DNA of 64,000 nt, taken from positions 1,408,001-1,472,000 of the forward strand of contig OZ242274.1 of the NCBI GenBank assembly GCA_965207375.1, read 5' to 3'. The position numbers and the translations under genes were made by a program. Under the pieces are notes generated by a model, which was given only the letters and a program-made list of their open reading frames with translations, was not told where the DNA came from and searched no databases. The stretch is from Nitrosopumilaceae archaeon (lineage in GTDB: Archaea > Thermoproteota > Nitrososphaeria > Nitrososphaerales > Nitrosopumilaceae). Positions within the stretch are counted from its first letter, which is position 1. Every line of letters starts with the position of its first letter. Positions 34,257 through 43,872 of the stretch are shown piece by piece.

Positions 34257-35620
34257 TAGACAGTAGCGCAACCCTGCCTAAAATCCTTCAAAATCATACG
34301 AAATGACCCATATTAGACTAATCCATCAGGATTTTTTACATTACGTGCTTTTTGATCATGATATCACTTGTATGCTTGTGCCTAAACTAGCTGATGGAAC
34401 TAAAATTACTCATGCTCAAAACGATGCAAGATACATCGAACGTGGAAGACAGCTTGCATTGACCAACAAAAGTCTTGATGATCCACAAATACAAGAGGAG
34501 TTACGCAGTATGAACAAGAAAAAAAACGGACATCCGTATGAATATCCTGATTCGTTGTTTGTTGCCCTAGCACTAGTACGTTCAATGTGCGGATTGTCAT
34601 ATCGTGTACTTGAAGGATTAGCAGCAGAATCCCTTGGTAAAGACAACGTTCCACATTTTACAAAAATACGCACACGCATTCTAGCACTAGATACAGACAA
34701 GCTTGGAAAGATGACATTCAAAAAAAATGGTAATAACAAGGTTACAATCAGCATACTACCTGACGGTACAGGCCTAGAGCCGTGTACCCGTGGAGAATTT
34801 ATACGTGCCAAACACAAAGTTAGGCGTGGTTTTATCAGATTTACAACAATAATTGATCACGATACCATGAAGATACTTGCCTATGAGATTACAGATGAGC
34901 GTACCGGAGAAGCAATGGGACTAGAGAATATGATTGAAACCGCACTAGAAAATCTGGGTGTACAGGTACAAAAACAAGATACAGAAAAACTAGATACAAA
35001 ACAGGAGAATGTAAAGAGTGGTACAAAAAAACAAGACACAAAACAGGATAAAGAATATGATTCAACAGATACAATTCAGACTCGCTTGGAAGAAAAGGAC
35101 AAAGACAATAATCCAAATATCAGACTGTTAGGTGATGGACTGTATTCAAAATGCAAGTTCTTTGATATGTGTGATTTATTTGGAATCGAGCTGGTATCAC
35201 CAGTAGCTTCTAACTCTGCTGCAAAGGTACGTGGTAGAAAGGGAGGCAGGGCGCGCAAAAAGGCTGTACTAGAACAGCTTGGAGGAGGAGTGCATGCCAA
35301 TACATTTGCAACATTAACTGATGCACAACGTGCAGAAAATATGAAAAAGTGGAAAAAACAGGTAGGATACGGCAGAAGATGGCTAGTTGAGATAATGTTT
35401 TCAGCATTCAAGCGAATGTTTGGAAGCGCTGTAATGGCAGTAAAGATGGAAAACATAGTTCGGGAGATTTCATTTAAGGTATTTGCATACAATAAAATGC
35501 TAGACATAGCGCAGGAGGCCATGGCTAGAGCATAATGACTGTAAACTTTACAGTACAAGTCAATCAGACTTGGATCAAGTGAGTTAGATTTGGACCAAGT
35601 CGTAGTTGCGCTACTGTCTA
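34257..35620 (+). mobile_element. IS5-family insertion sequence
   Basis: 16-bp TIR TAGACAGTAGCGCAAC; 8-bp TSD GTAGGTTC (34249-34256, 35621-35628). Confidence 0.9.
34303..35535 (+). CDS. IS5-family transposase, paralog of 14616..15806
   Basis: PDGTG, GDGLY, YGRRWLVEIMFSAFKR. Confidence 0.9.
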   Translation: MTHIRLIHQDFLHYVLFDHDITCMLVPKLADGTKITHAQNDARYIERGRQLALTNKSLDDPQIQEELRSMNKKKNGHPYEYPDSLFVALALVRSMCGLSYRVLEGLAAESLGKDNVPHFTKIRTRILALDTDKLGKMTFKKNGNNKVTISILPDGTGLEPCTRGEFIRAKHKVRRGFIRFTTIIDHDTMKILAYEITDERTGEAMGLENMIETALENLGVQVQKQDTEKLDTKQENVKSGTKKQDTKQDKEYDSTDTIQTRLEEKDKDNNPNIRLLGDGLYSKCKFFDMCDLFGIELVSPVASNSAAKVRGRKGGRARKKAVLEQLGGGVHANTFATLTDAQRAENMKKWKKQVGYGRRWLVEIMFSAFKRMFGSAVMAVKMENIVREISFKVFAYNKMLDIAQEAMARA

Positions 35621-36063
35621 GTAGGTTCAAGAGCTTTGGCCTAGTTTTGTATACCTTTTATCAAAATTATTTCAACCTTGATTTGGGTGACCTGAGTATG
35701 TACCAACCGAGGCCCAAAACAATACCCAAAAATATTCTAATCCATTATGGCAACAAATAGCTGATGCTTTGGCACAGTTAGTAAGGAATTGACAAATTTT
35801 TTAATATACAAAGTCTAATCAAAGTCAATGTATCGTAAGGCAATGTCTCAAAGAACTGCAAGCAAAGGCAGCACTGGGAGATACACATGCAAAGCACACT
35901 TGCAATAAAATCCTAATACAAACCGCACATGCAAGCAGTTATTGATTTAAAATGAAATGATTAGAATCATAGGCGGAAATTAAAAAAAAACAGGCTAGTT
36001 CAGTAGATAGCCTTATTGACTGAAACTCAACATTATTACGTATAATAAGTATAAAATCTTTGT

Positions 36064-36135
36064 AGGCCTGTTGTTTAGTAGAAGAACGATTGACTGAAAA
36101 TCAATAGGTCACGGGTTCGAATCCCGTCAGGTCCA
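36064..36135 (+). tRNA. tRNA-Phe(GAA)-like gene with degenerate D loop
   Basis: ATTGA-CTGAAAA-TCAAT anticodon arm, ACGGG-TTCGAAT-CCCGT T arm, GGCCTG/CAGGTC acceptor; D loop lacks GG; AT-rich TATA-like upstream. Confidence 0.7.
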
Positions 36136-36577
36136 CGCCTTACCTAATGTCGTACAAATTCCTTGATCAAGGATTTTCTAAAATAACCAAAAATCGAGTA
36201 AATTTAACATCTAGCCTTAATTTTTTGGTACAAACTCAGGTCGTAAATTTTTCAGCCACAAAATTTTCACATATGTTCAAAAACTACATAGAATCAGAGG
36301 TGACCTGAATATTTGCTTGTTTGCATTGGTACTTGGAGAGTGGAATCTTGTAGAACTTGGATTACTGCCATCATCTAATTTACTTGATCGTGGCACATAA
36401 GATTACGTATATTCCCGCCGTGTACTTAAATAATTGATTAAATCAATATGGATATGGAAAATGAAAAACCAAAAGAAATCAAAAAAGCACCAGAACGACC
36501 GTTTTATGGTAGTCAGGAACAACCCACACGTACCGCTCCAGATGGTTCATCTAGCCAAGGACCCATCAAAGGTAAAC

Positions 36578-37111
36578 CTAGACCTTCAAGTAGTTAAAAT
36601 TATTTCTTAATTTTTCAAGTGTGTTTTTAATTTCTTTTTTCAATCTTACTTCGTTGTTGTCCATCCAGTCATAGTATGGATAGGATTTTCTCGGAACCGG
36701 ATCAGTGGGATTTTCCATCTGTATCTCCTGCGTTATTTTTAAGAATTTATTATGCATTTTTATTCTTTTGAATATATCTTGCACTGGCTGTTGTAATTTT
36801 GGCTCTAGACGATTTATTGCTCCTGAAAATATCAAACTATCGTAAACATCATGATTAAAATCCCTGTTGATGAAATATGCCTCTTTATCATTCTGATTCG
36901 AGTCCTTTATTTTAACCATATATGCATCATCTAGATGTTTTTGACCATCTAGACTTTCTAGCGTATCTTTTAACTCCAAGTATAGATTTTTTGATGCCTG
37001 TTTTCTGTCCTTATGTCGGTCAAAGAAATATTTGCCCGCTGAAATACCTATGGCCACAATAGTTACAAGAGATGCGAAAGATTCTATGGTCATATAATCA
37101 AAAAACTCCAT
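36578..37111 (-). CDS. N-terminally anchored hypothetical protein
   Basis: 177 aa, one TM; lies between inverted copies of the 78-bp repeat. Confidence 0.65.
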   Translation of the reverse strand: MEFFDYMTIESFASLVTIVAIGISAGKYFFDRHKDRKQASKNLYLELKDTLESLDGQKHLDDAYMVKIKDSNQNDKEAYFINRDFNHDVYDSLIFSGAINRLEPKLQQPVQDIFKRIKMHNKFLKITQEIQMENPTDPVPRKSYPYYDWMDNNEVRLKKEIKNTLEKLRNNFNYLKV

Positions 37112-37350
37112 TCAAAAATTTCAATTTCCAGTAATATAAAAAAATTCGCAGAATTGTAATCGTACGTACATACTCAAGTCGCCTCTGATTCTATGATATA
37201 GTTTTTGAACATATGTGAAAATTTTGTGCCTGAAAAATTTACGACCAGAGTTTGTACGGTTCTAGATAATAGCATAACCCAAATTTTAGTGGAGTGGACC
37301 CCTTGTTTTAGTACCACTTTTTACACTAATTTCCGAATTGATTTTAACCG

Positions 37351-37611
37351 TCATTTATTTGTCTCCCACCGTGATGCAAATTCAGCAAATGTGATATATC
37401 TCCGAGACGAGTGAATTCTTGTCGTGTTATAATTCTCAAAGGCATCAGATAGGACAGGTTTTGCATCCTGGTACTTTTCAAAATAATGTGGTCAGATGTA
37501 CACTTTTTTGAATGTCTTGTGAAATGACTCTACATGACCGTTTTGTTCGAGTATTCTTCCAGATGAATTCATGCTTGCCGATTACAAGTATAGATACTGC
37601 CTTTCTAAAAA
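37351..37611 (-). pseudogene. rve (IS3/IS481-like) transposase 3' remnant, copy 1
   Basis: HEFIWKNT.EQNGHVESFH...RIHSS; direct repeat of 39612-39872. Confidence 0.75.
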
Positions 37612-37769
37612 GTTGTGCAGATTATGATATATTGTATCTGGATTGCTTGAAATGACGATAACTCAAAATAAACCTATTCGTACTGGTTACAGGATAAACA
37701 AAAACGAATACAGTGTGATAACACACTTGATGGGGATTGAACGATACGCAAAATCTTAGTCACATATGT

Positions 37770-38381
37770 CTAGAAATCAGCAGTCCTGATATTTTTGATT
37801 TGTAACGGAGTTACCTTCTGATGATTTCGAATTTCTTCAAAATCTCCATCAAAAGTCCAAAATTCGTCACATTCCATCTCTTTTGCTAACAACACGTGTA
37901 ATGCGTCATATGATGCAAGAGATTTGTATGATGTGGTAGGTATTCTGCCCTTATTACATTTCTTGCAATAATCATGCGTTTTGATTGTCCCCCTTACCGA
38001 ATCCAAAATTAATTGTGCATCTGTTAGCAGTTGATTCATGTCAATGCTTTTCTTGACCTGAAAGATTATTTTGTTTTCCATGCGTAATAACTCCTCTAGT
38101 ATTTTTTTATACATAGACGAGGATTCTTTAATGACATGGTCTACTCTGTTAGTGACATCTGGAATTGCCAACAGTTTGGATTTGTCCTGCCCTACTCTAT
38201 TTTTAAGTACAGCCATGATCTCGATCAGGACAAGAGCAGAAACTACACCCTCTATATGGCCCTCTTTTATTTTGTCAAATACCTGATCCGCTAGTTTTGT
38301 TTGTGTTCGATTGCTTTCAAACCCAGTAATTTTTGCAAGAAGTATATTGGAATCCAAATATACTCTGATCAATCTAATCAC
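37770..38381 (-). CDS. PIN-domain (VapC-like) toxin
   Basis: VYLDSNIL, LIEI, YDALHV, TFDGDF. Confidence 0.85.
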   Translation of the reverse strand: MIRLIRVYLDSNILLAKITGFESNRTQTKLADQVFDKIKEGHIEGVVSALVLIEIMAVLKNRVGQDKSKLLAIPDVTNRVDHVIKESSSMYKKILEELLRMENKIIFQVKKSIDMNQLLTDAQLILDSVRGTIKTHDYCKKCNKGRIPTTSYKSLASYDALHVLLAKEMECDEFWTFDGDFEEIRNHQKVTPLQIKNIRTADF

Positions 38382-39465
38382 GTCTTATGTCTCGTATAAT
38401 TTCCACAGGGTCAAACTCATCACACTTGATTCTACTGGCTATGATCCCCGTGAGTCTGTTAAAAGAATTGGGATCATATTCAGGTAAATTATCTAGACCG
38501 ATCGATCTGGCTAGATGCATGCGAAATTCTTGATCTTCAGAGCATTTGTCATCTAGACCATACACGTTCTGCTTAATACCCAAATTAGTTTCAATAATTT
38601 GCATCATGGTAATAATAGAAGCGTCAAGTATTTTGATCTTGTCTGAAAACATACTCTTCCAATCTGGGATTTTATCCAAATAGTATTCATCATGCTCCAG
38701 AATTCTTGCCCCATATGCAAAAGTGTTCCATATATCCTTAGACAGGATTTTTAAACTTTTCAACACTATCGTATATTTGGGTTCTTTTTTATTTTTGACT
38801 TCAAACGTTTTTTCTACAGTTTGACAGAATTTGAGAAACAGAATCTTGAAATCAGTAAATATTGGATTGGGTGGAATTGTAAGTATGGATCGTTTCAACT
38901 CTGAAAGAAGGATGGGCTCTGTAAAGATGTTACAACTAGTAGTGTTGTTGATATGATGATCACAATACGACTCAAAATGGGACAAAAAATCGGTCTTGTA
39001 ACTGGGGTAAAACAAGATCGGTGACTCTGCATACACTTCTTTTACAAGTAGCAAGTTTGAAAATTTGGAAGTGTTATTCACTATATCGGATATTGTCTTG
39101 CGTATTTTCTCAAAATCACATTCTAAATGATCTATGAACCTCCTGTCTTGTAAATTTGGATTGTATTTGTACAGTTCATATCTATCGTCCGTATTCAAAA
39201 GAATTTGTTTATTTTTCATCATGCTGATTGTCTGATCTATGACTTCGGAATATGGTCCTTCCAAAAACCAGTAAAATGGAATAGAATTTTTTACAGAATC
39301 GTTTTCTGGAAGTGATTTGTTCAACTTGAACAATATCTTTTGAATCGTCTTCTTTGGAAGTTTGTGCCGGGATTTTTTGATCTTAAAATTATGAAAAATA
39401 AGCCTTATCATTTCTTCAATGATTGGGATCTCAGGTTTTTGCAACATCATAGATGTCCACACCAA
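38374..39465 (-). CDS. SocA/Panacea-like wHTH protein, putative antitoxin
   Basis: KKTIQKILF, PFYWFLEGPYSE; overlaps PIN start. Confidence 0.6.
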   Translation of the reverse strand: MVWTSMMLQKPEIPIIEEMIRLIFHNFKIKKSRHKLPKKTIQKILFKLNKSLPENDSVKNSIPFYWFLEGPYSEVIDQTISMMKNKQILLNTDDRYELYKYNPNLQDRRFIDHLECDFEKIRKTISDIVNNTSKFSNLLLVKEVYAESPILFYPSYKTDFLSHFESYCDHHINNTTSCNIFTEPILLSELKRSILTIPPNPIFTDFKILFLKFCQTVEKTFEVKNKKEPKYTIVLKSLKILSKDIWNTFAYGARILEHDEYYLDKIPDWKSMFSDKIKILDASIITMMQIIETNLGIKQNVYGLDDKCSEDQEFRMHLARSIGLDNLPEYDPNSFNRLTGIIASRIKCDEFDPVEIIRDIRRD

Positions 39466-39611
39466 GCTCCTTCAATACAAATACTTTGCATATATGACAT
39501 GTACAATTTCAGGTACTTAAAACCAAGGCTGGGAATTAATAATTGTTGTTAGATTGGAGTGGACATCATCAAATAGGATCGTTTTTTGCATGATAATACA
39601 TACAGTCGGAC

Positions 39612-39872
39612 TCATTTATTTGTCTCCCACCGTGATGCAAATTCAGCAAATGTGATATATCTCAGAGACGAGTGAATTCTTGTCGTGTTATAATCCTCAA
39701 AGACTGCAGTCGGGACAGGTTTTGCACCCTGGTACATTTCAAAATCATGTGGTCAGACACCTTCTTTTTTGGGTGTCTTGTGAAATGATTCCACACGATC
39801 GTTTTGTTCGAGTATTCTTCCAGATGAATTCATGCTTGTCGATTCCAAGTATAGATACTGCCTTTCTAAAAA
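39612..39872 (-). pseudogene. rve transposase 3' remnant, copy 2
   Basis: Diverged direct repeat of 37351-37611. Confidence 0.75.
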
Positions 39873-39876
39873 TATT

Positions 39877-39958
39877 GTACTTGTTCACCTCACGCCTAAT
39901 TTTTCAATCATTATGTCACCGTTTAGGGACAAATCAATTCCACTATGTGAACAAGTAC
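39877..39958. mobile_element. 82-bp MITE with IS66-like ends
   Basis: TIR GTACTTGTTCAC (same as 14214); TSD AAAATATT; empty paralogous site near 40389. Confidence 0.85.
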
Positions 39959-39977
39959 AAAATATTGAAAAATGGAT

Positions 39978-40319
39978 TTAATCTCCTAATATACTCCTGG
40001 GATTTTCCCACATGTCTTTTACGTCATCATCTAGACCACCATCTGTATCGTCTGTGTCATCAAGTGTTGTTTCTGTCGGTTTTTCACTCGTTTGTGTATT
40101 CATATTAAGAATCCTCATCTCTTCTAACAGCCAAGGTTTTAGTTTGTCCTCAGAATCAAGGATTAGTTTCATCTCATCTAGAAATGATACCATTCTACAT
40201 TTTTCTCTATATCTTGCCTTTGCTCGCTGTTTGGCAGTCATTGTTCCAGGTGATGACAACAATCGCTTTAGTTTCTTGATTGGCATGGTATCATAATAGT
40301 AAATAGTATAAAAGGTCAA
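39978..40319 (-). CDS. Hypothetical protein, tandem paralog 1 (likely start MPIKKL)
   Basis: Near-identical termini to 40408..40752. Confidence 0.6.
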   Translation of the reverse strand: MTFYTIYYYDTMPIKKLKRLLSSPGTMTAKQRAKARYREKCRMVSFLDEMKLILDSEDKLKPWLLEEMRILNMNTQTSEKPTETTLDDTDDTDGGLDDDVKDMWENPRSILGD

Positions 40320-40407
40320 AATTTGATTCGTGTCTAAAAATGCATAGATAAATCAACCATTTTGGAATGAAATGATGGTTATTCTAAAAAAATATTGAAA
40401 AATGGAT

Positions 40408-40752
40408 TTACTCTCCTAATACACTACTAGGATTTTCCCACATGTCTTTTACGTCATCATCTAGACCGTCATCAGAGTCGTCTGTATAATCTGGTGTTGG
40501 TTCTACAAGTTTTGTATTTTTTTGCATGCACATATCCCGTTTATCCATCTCCTCTTTTAGGAATTGTTTTAGTTTTGTATCCTCAGAATCCCGTATTAGT
40601 TGCATGTCATCTAATTCTCTTTTTATTCTACATTTCTGTCTATGTCTAGTTATTTTTTTTTGATGAACAGTCATTGTTCCAGGTGATGACAACAATCGCT
40701 TTAGTTTCTTGATTGGCATGGCATCATAATAGTAAATAGTATAAAAGGTCAA
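40408..40752 (-). CDS. Hypothetical protein, tandem paralog 2
   Basis: Basic N-terminus, acidic C-terminus GLDDDVKDMWENP. Confidence 0.6.
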   Translation of the reverse strand: MTFYTIYYYDAMPIKKLKRLLSSPGTMTVHQKKITRHRQKCRIKRELDDMQLIRDSEDTKLKQFLKEEMDKRDMCMQKNTKLVEPTPDYTDDSDDGLDDDVKDMWENPSSVLGE

Positions 40753-41895
40753 AATTTGATTCTACACTGCCAATTTACACATACGTTGTATTGTAATCAT
40801 CATGTATTGTTTATGTGTAGAATGGACCATTAATGCTTGCAAGTGTCAGATTTTCAACATTTTAGTTAACTGATTTTATAAATGTAAATTCACATGATAA
40901 GTATATCTGAGATGCATCTAGAACTGTAAATATGGGGATCATAAACCTGACTTTTTCACTAATTTTTTCCTAAGAATTAAATACTAATTGTTTGAAGACT
41001 TGTTATGACAGAAACATCATATTCGGAAGATTTTGGTGAATATCAAAAAGAAGAAGATGAGATTTCCTGTACATACAATTCCGCAGAAGAAGCAGAAGAC
41101 GCCGTATTGAAAGAAATACTTGATGAATAAAACAGAGTGAGAATATGGCAGACATCTCATTGTCCAAACTTTTTAAACAACAGATTCATGACGACTGAAT
41201 GAGTAAGATAAATAGAATAAGAATAACTCGTTCTTTCAAACGGGTCGAGCGTATGATTTTGGATCTAGAAAGGCATGGTTTTGATATCGAACAAATGAAT
41301 ATCAGAATAAAGATAATATACAACATACGAGTTATTTTCAAAGTCATGCCACAACAAGACAAAATAATAGTTAAAAAAATCTTATTTCAATGATCGGTTT
41401 AATGATAATCTACATAAACAACTGATTTGATTTCTTTTTGCAAATATGATTAAGTGATTTCGAGATGTAGTATGAAACCCTATCTTCTTCAGCCCATCAT
41501 TCACACATTGTTTTAACTCCTCTTCATCGGAATCAAGTATGGTTCTAAGGACTATAGTAATTAGTTGTATTTTCTGATATGGGTCATCAACTTCATCTAC
41601 CAGTGCTTGCAATGCCTGAGAGATGATTCGTAATTAGAAAACCACGCCTAACAAGAGCAAAAATCTGTGCCCAGATCTAATTACGAATCACGTCTCTGTA
41701 TTTCCAATAACTGTTCATCTGTCATATCATTAGTATATCTAAATAATATAAAAGGAGTAACGTAGATATTTTTCTATGAATAATTTGTAAAAACTTTCTA
41801 TCGTCTATTGTAGTTGTTTGTATCTTGTTGTTTGCTTTTTGTCACAAGGAATTGAATTTTTATTTGTGAATTTAATTTTTTGACAAGATTATTGT

Positions 41896-42143
41896 GGTAT
41901 CATCATATTGATACCTTTACCCTATTATGGTAGTTTAGTATCATTATATTGATACTTTTTTTTGTATATTACTGACTAAACGGGCTAACTTGTTTTGTGC
42001 AGTATAGTAGTGAAAACAAAAAACCAGGAATAAAATTCCAAAACAAATAGCAAATGCATGCGAAAAAACGTACACCCCCTAGATTTTCAACTACCCTACC
42101 AAAATCAACAAATTCAAAAATAAAGTCACGTCATATTGATACC
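41896..42143. promoter_or_regulatory. Repeated palindromic sites RGTATC-N8-GATACY
   Basis: 41896-41915, 41937-41956, half-site CATATTGATACC at 42132-42143. Confidence 0.55.
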
Positions 42144-42205
42144 TTTTTCACCACAAAAATCTTCTGAAATTTTTCAAATCAATTTTAAAAATTACACTAA
42201 ACCAC

Positions 42206-42268
42206 ATGGGCGATGATGAGACCACACATCTGAATCAGTATGATTGATTCCATTCATTCTGAGCCCAT
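42206..42268 (+). ncRNA. Box C/D guide RNA unit 1
   Basis: ATGGGC-g-ATGATGA-gaccacacat-CTGA-atcagt-ATGATTGA-ttccattcatt-CTGA-GCCCAT. Confidence 0.85.
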
Positions 42269-42344
42269 CATAACCTACTTTCACAGAAACATCTTCTGCT
42301 ATTAAATTTGTCCTTTCAGATTTGTAAAAATTCCACTAAACAAC

Positions 42345-42409
42345 ATGGGCTATGATGAAGAACAGTCGTTCTGAAACCAGATGATTCACGATTTGCAATC
42401 TGAGCCCAT
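42345..42409 (+). ncRNA. Box C/D guide RNA unit 2
   Basis: ATGGGC-t-ATGATGA-agaacagtcgtt-CTGA-aaccag-ATGATTC-acgatttgcaat-CTGA-GCCCAT. Confidence 0.85.
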
Positions 42410-42484
42410 CACACCCTTTTCACAAAGAATCATTTTCTCTATTAAATCTGCCGAACAAAACTTGTAAAAATTTCACTAAACAAC

Positions 42485-42555
42485 ATGGGCTATGATGAAG
42501 TCAATCAGCTGAACAATCTACAAATGTAGAGACCCGCGGCTGAATCTGAGCCCAT
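42485..42555 (+). ncRNA. Box C/D guide RNA unit 3
   Basis: ATGATGA-agtcaatcag-CTGA...ATGTAGA-gacccgcggctgaat-CTGA inside ATGGGC/GCCCAT. Confidence 0.85.
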
Positions 42556-42631
42556 CATAACTTGTCTTCACAGTAACATTTTCTATTATTAAATTTGTCC
42601 TTTTAGACTTGTAAAAATTTCACTAAACCAC

Positions 42632-42696
42632 ATGGGCGATGATGAGACCACACAAACTGACTTCTGTATGAAGAATCATCCCTGGTCTGAGCCCAT
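42632..42696 (+). ncRNA. Box C/D guide RNA unit 4
   Basis: ATGATGA-gaccacacaaa-CTGA-cttctgt-ATGAAGA-atcatccctggt-CTGA inside ATGGGC/GCCCAT. Confidence 0.85.
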
Positions 42697-42772
42697 CATA
42701 ACCTCATTTTCACAGAACTATTTCTGCTATAAACTTTCCATAATGAAAAACAATTACAATATTTAATGTAAA

Positions 42773-42863
42773 GTGAGCGGCGATGATGAACGCGTGCAAA
42801 TCATATCCGATGAGAGACGGAAATGTTGATGCCTGACTCGCCGAGAGTCCCTGAGCCGCACAC
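42773..42863 (+). ncRNA. Box C/D RNA unit 5 (long guides, different stem)
   Basis: GCGGC-g-ATGATGA-17nt-CCGA...ATGTTGA-21nt-CTGA-GCCGC. Confidence 0.8.
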
Positions 42864-42919
42864 TTCTCTCAACTTTCATTTCTTTCTTTTTAAACTTTGT
42901 AAAAATTACACTAAACCAC

Positions 42920-42984
42920 ATGGGCAATGATGAGACCACACAAACTGACTTCTGTATGAAGAATCATCCCTGGTCTGAGCCCAT
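42920..42984 (+). ncRNA. Box C/D guide RNA unit 6 (core identical to unit 4)
   Basis: Same boxes and guides as 42632-42696. Confidence 0.85.
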
Positions 42985-43109
42985 CATAACTTGTCTTCAC
43001 AGTAACATTTTCTATATCTAAACCTGCCGCAACCACAGGTACAATTTTCGTTCTTTGCAAGAACAAGCCCAGTGAGGGTTAATTACAAGTCAAACATCGC
43101 AAGCCGATT

Positions 43110-43646
43110 TTGGCTAAATTTACAAAACTTACGCTCATGACTACAAAACGAAACCAAAAAATCACCATTGATGGTAAGGAATACCTAAAACGAGACGTAT
43201 GTAGATACGTCAAGGATTTCTCTGGAGAGATAGATGATCTCATCCTAACACCATGTGGTACAGGTCAGTCAGCCATAAAAAACTACGACGATGAAGTCGT
43301 GGCAACTGTTGACACAGACTGCATCCGAACTTTACTCGGTGATACCATACCGATTGAAGGTTTGGAGAGTATTGATGACAGACGTCAAAGGAAGGAATTT
43401 ACAAAAACGACACAAGTTGCTACAGGGAATTGGCACTCATGCATAGCAGATGAGAAAGGTAATCTACCTGATTGTGACGTGTGTCAATCATATATTCCAG
43501 AAAGCACATGGATAAGCCTACATAACATGTTGGCCGAATCTCTGGAAGATTCTATGATTGTTACCTTGCGCGACGAGTATGTCAAAGGACTAGATGATAG
43601 TCTACGATTCATTATAGAGTCCGAAGCTGACCGACGAGGATTGTAA
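43110..43646 (+). CDS. Hypothetical protein (likely start 43138); N-terminus homologous to 48646..49905
   Basis: KITIDGKEY...VC versus KINVDGKQY...VC. Confidence 0.7.
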   Translation: MAKFTKLTLMTTKRNQKITIDGKEYLKRDVCRYVKDFSGEIDDLILTPCGTGQSAIKNYDDEVVATVDTDCIRTLLGDTIPIEGLESIDDRRQRKEFTKTTQVATGNWHSCIADEKGNLPDCDVCQSYIPESTWISLHNMLAESLEDSMIVTLRDEYVKGLDDSLRFIIESEADRRGL

Positions 43647-43720
43647 AATCCTCCCCCTTTTTTATTTTCAATAATGATTATTTCTTTTTCAAATCAATTT
43701 TCAAAATTTTACTAAACCAT

Positions 43721-43784
43721 ATGGGTGATGATGAACCGGCAGTCGATTTGATCTCGATGATGAAAAGCCAGAGTCTGAGCCCAT
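43721..43784 (+). ncRNA. Box C/D guide RNA unit 7
   Basis: ATGGGT-g-ATGATGA-accggcagtcgat-TTGA-tctcg-ATGATGA-aaagccagagt-CTGA-GCCCAT; same flanks as units 1-4 and 6. Confidence 0.85.
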
Positions 43785-43872
43785 CATAACCTCATTTACA
43801 GAAACATTTTCTGCTATTAAATTTGTCCCTTTATTTTTCAAGAGACTGGTCAAAGCCGGAAATATTTTGCTC

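Noticed and set aside
36088-36095. Unit 3 guide complementary to the tRNA-Phe-like gene (GATTGACT)
   Set aside because: An 8-nt match is expected by chance in 64 kb
41005-41612. Additional TA pair or small CDSs
   Set aside because: Only faint RelE-like hints, fragmented
42180-43030. CRISPR array
   Set aside because: Period ~140 bp, degenerate repeats, internal C/D boxes and no cas genes in the window
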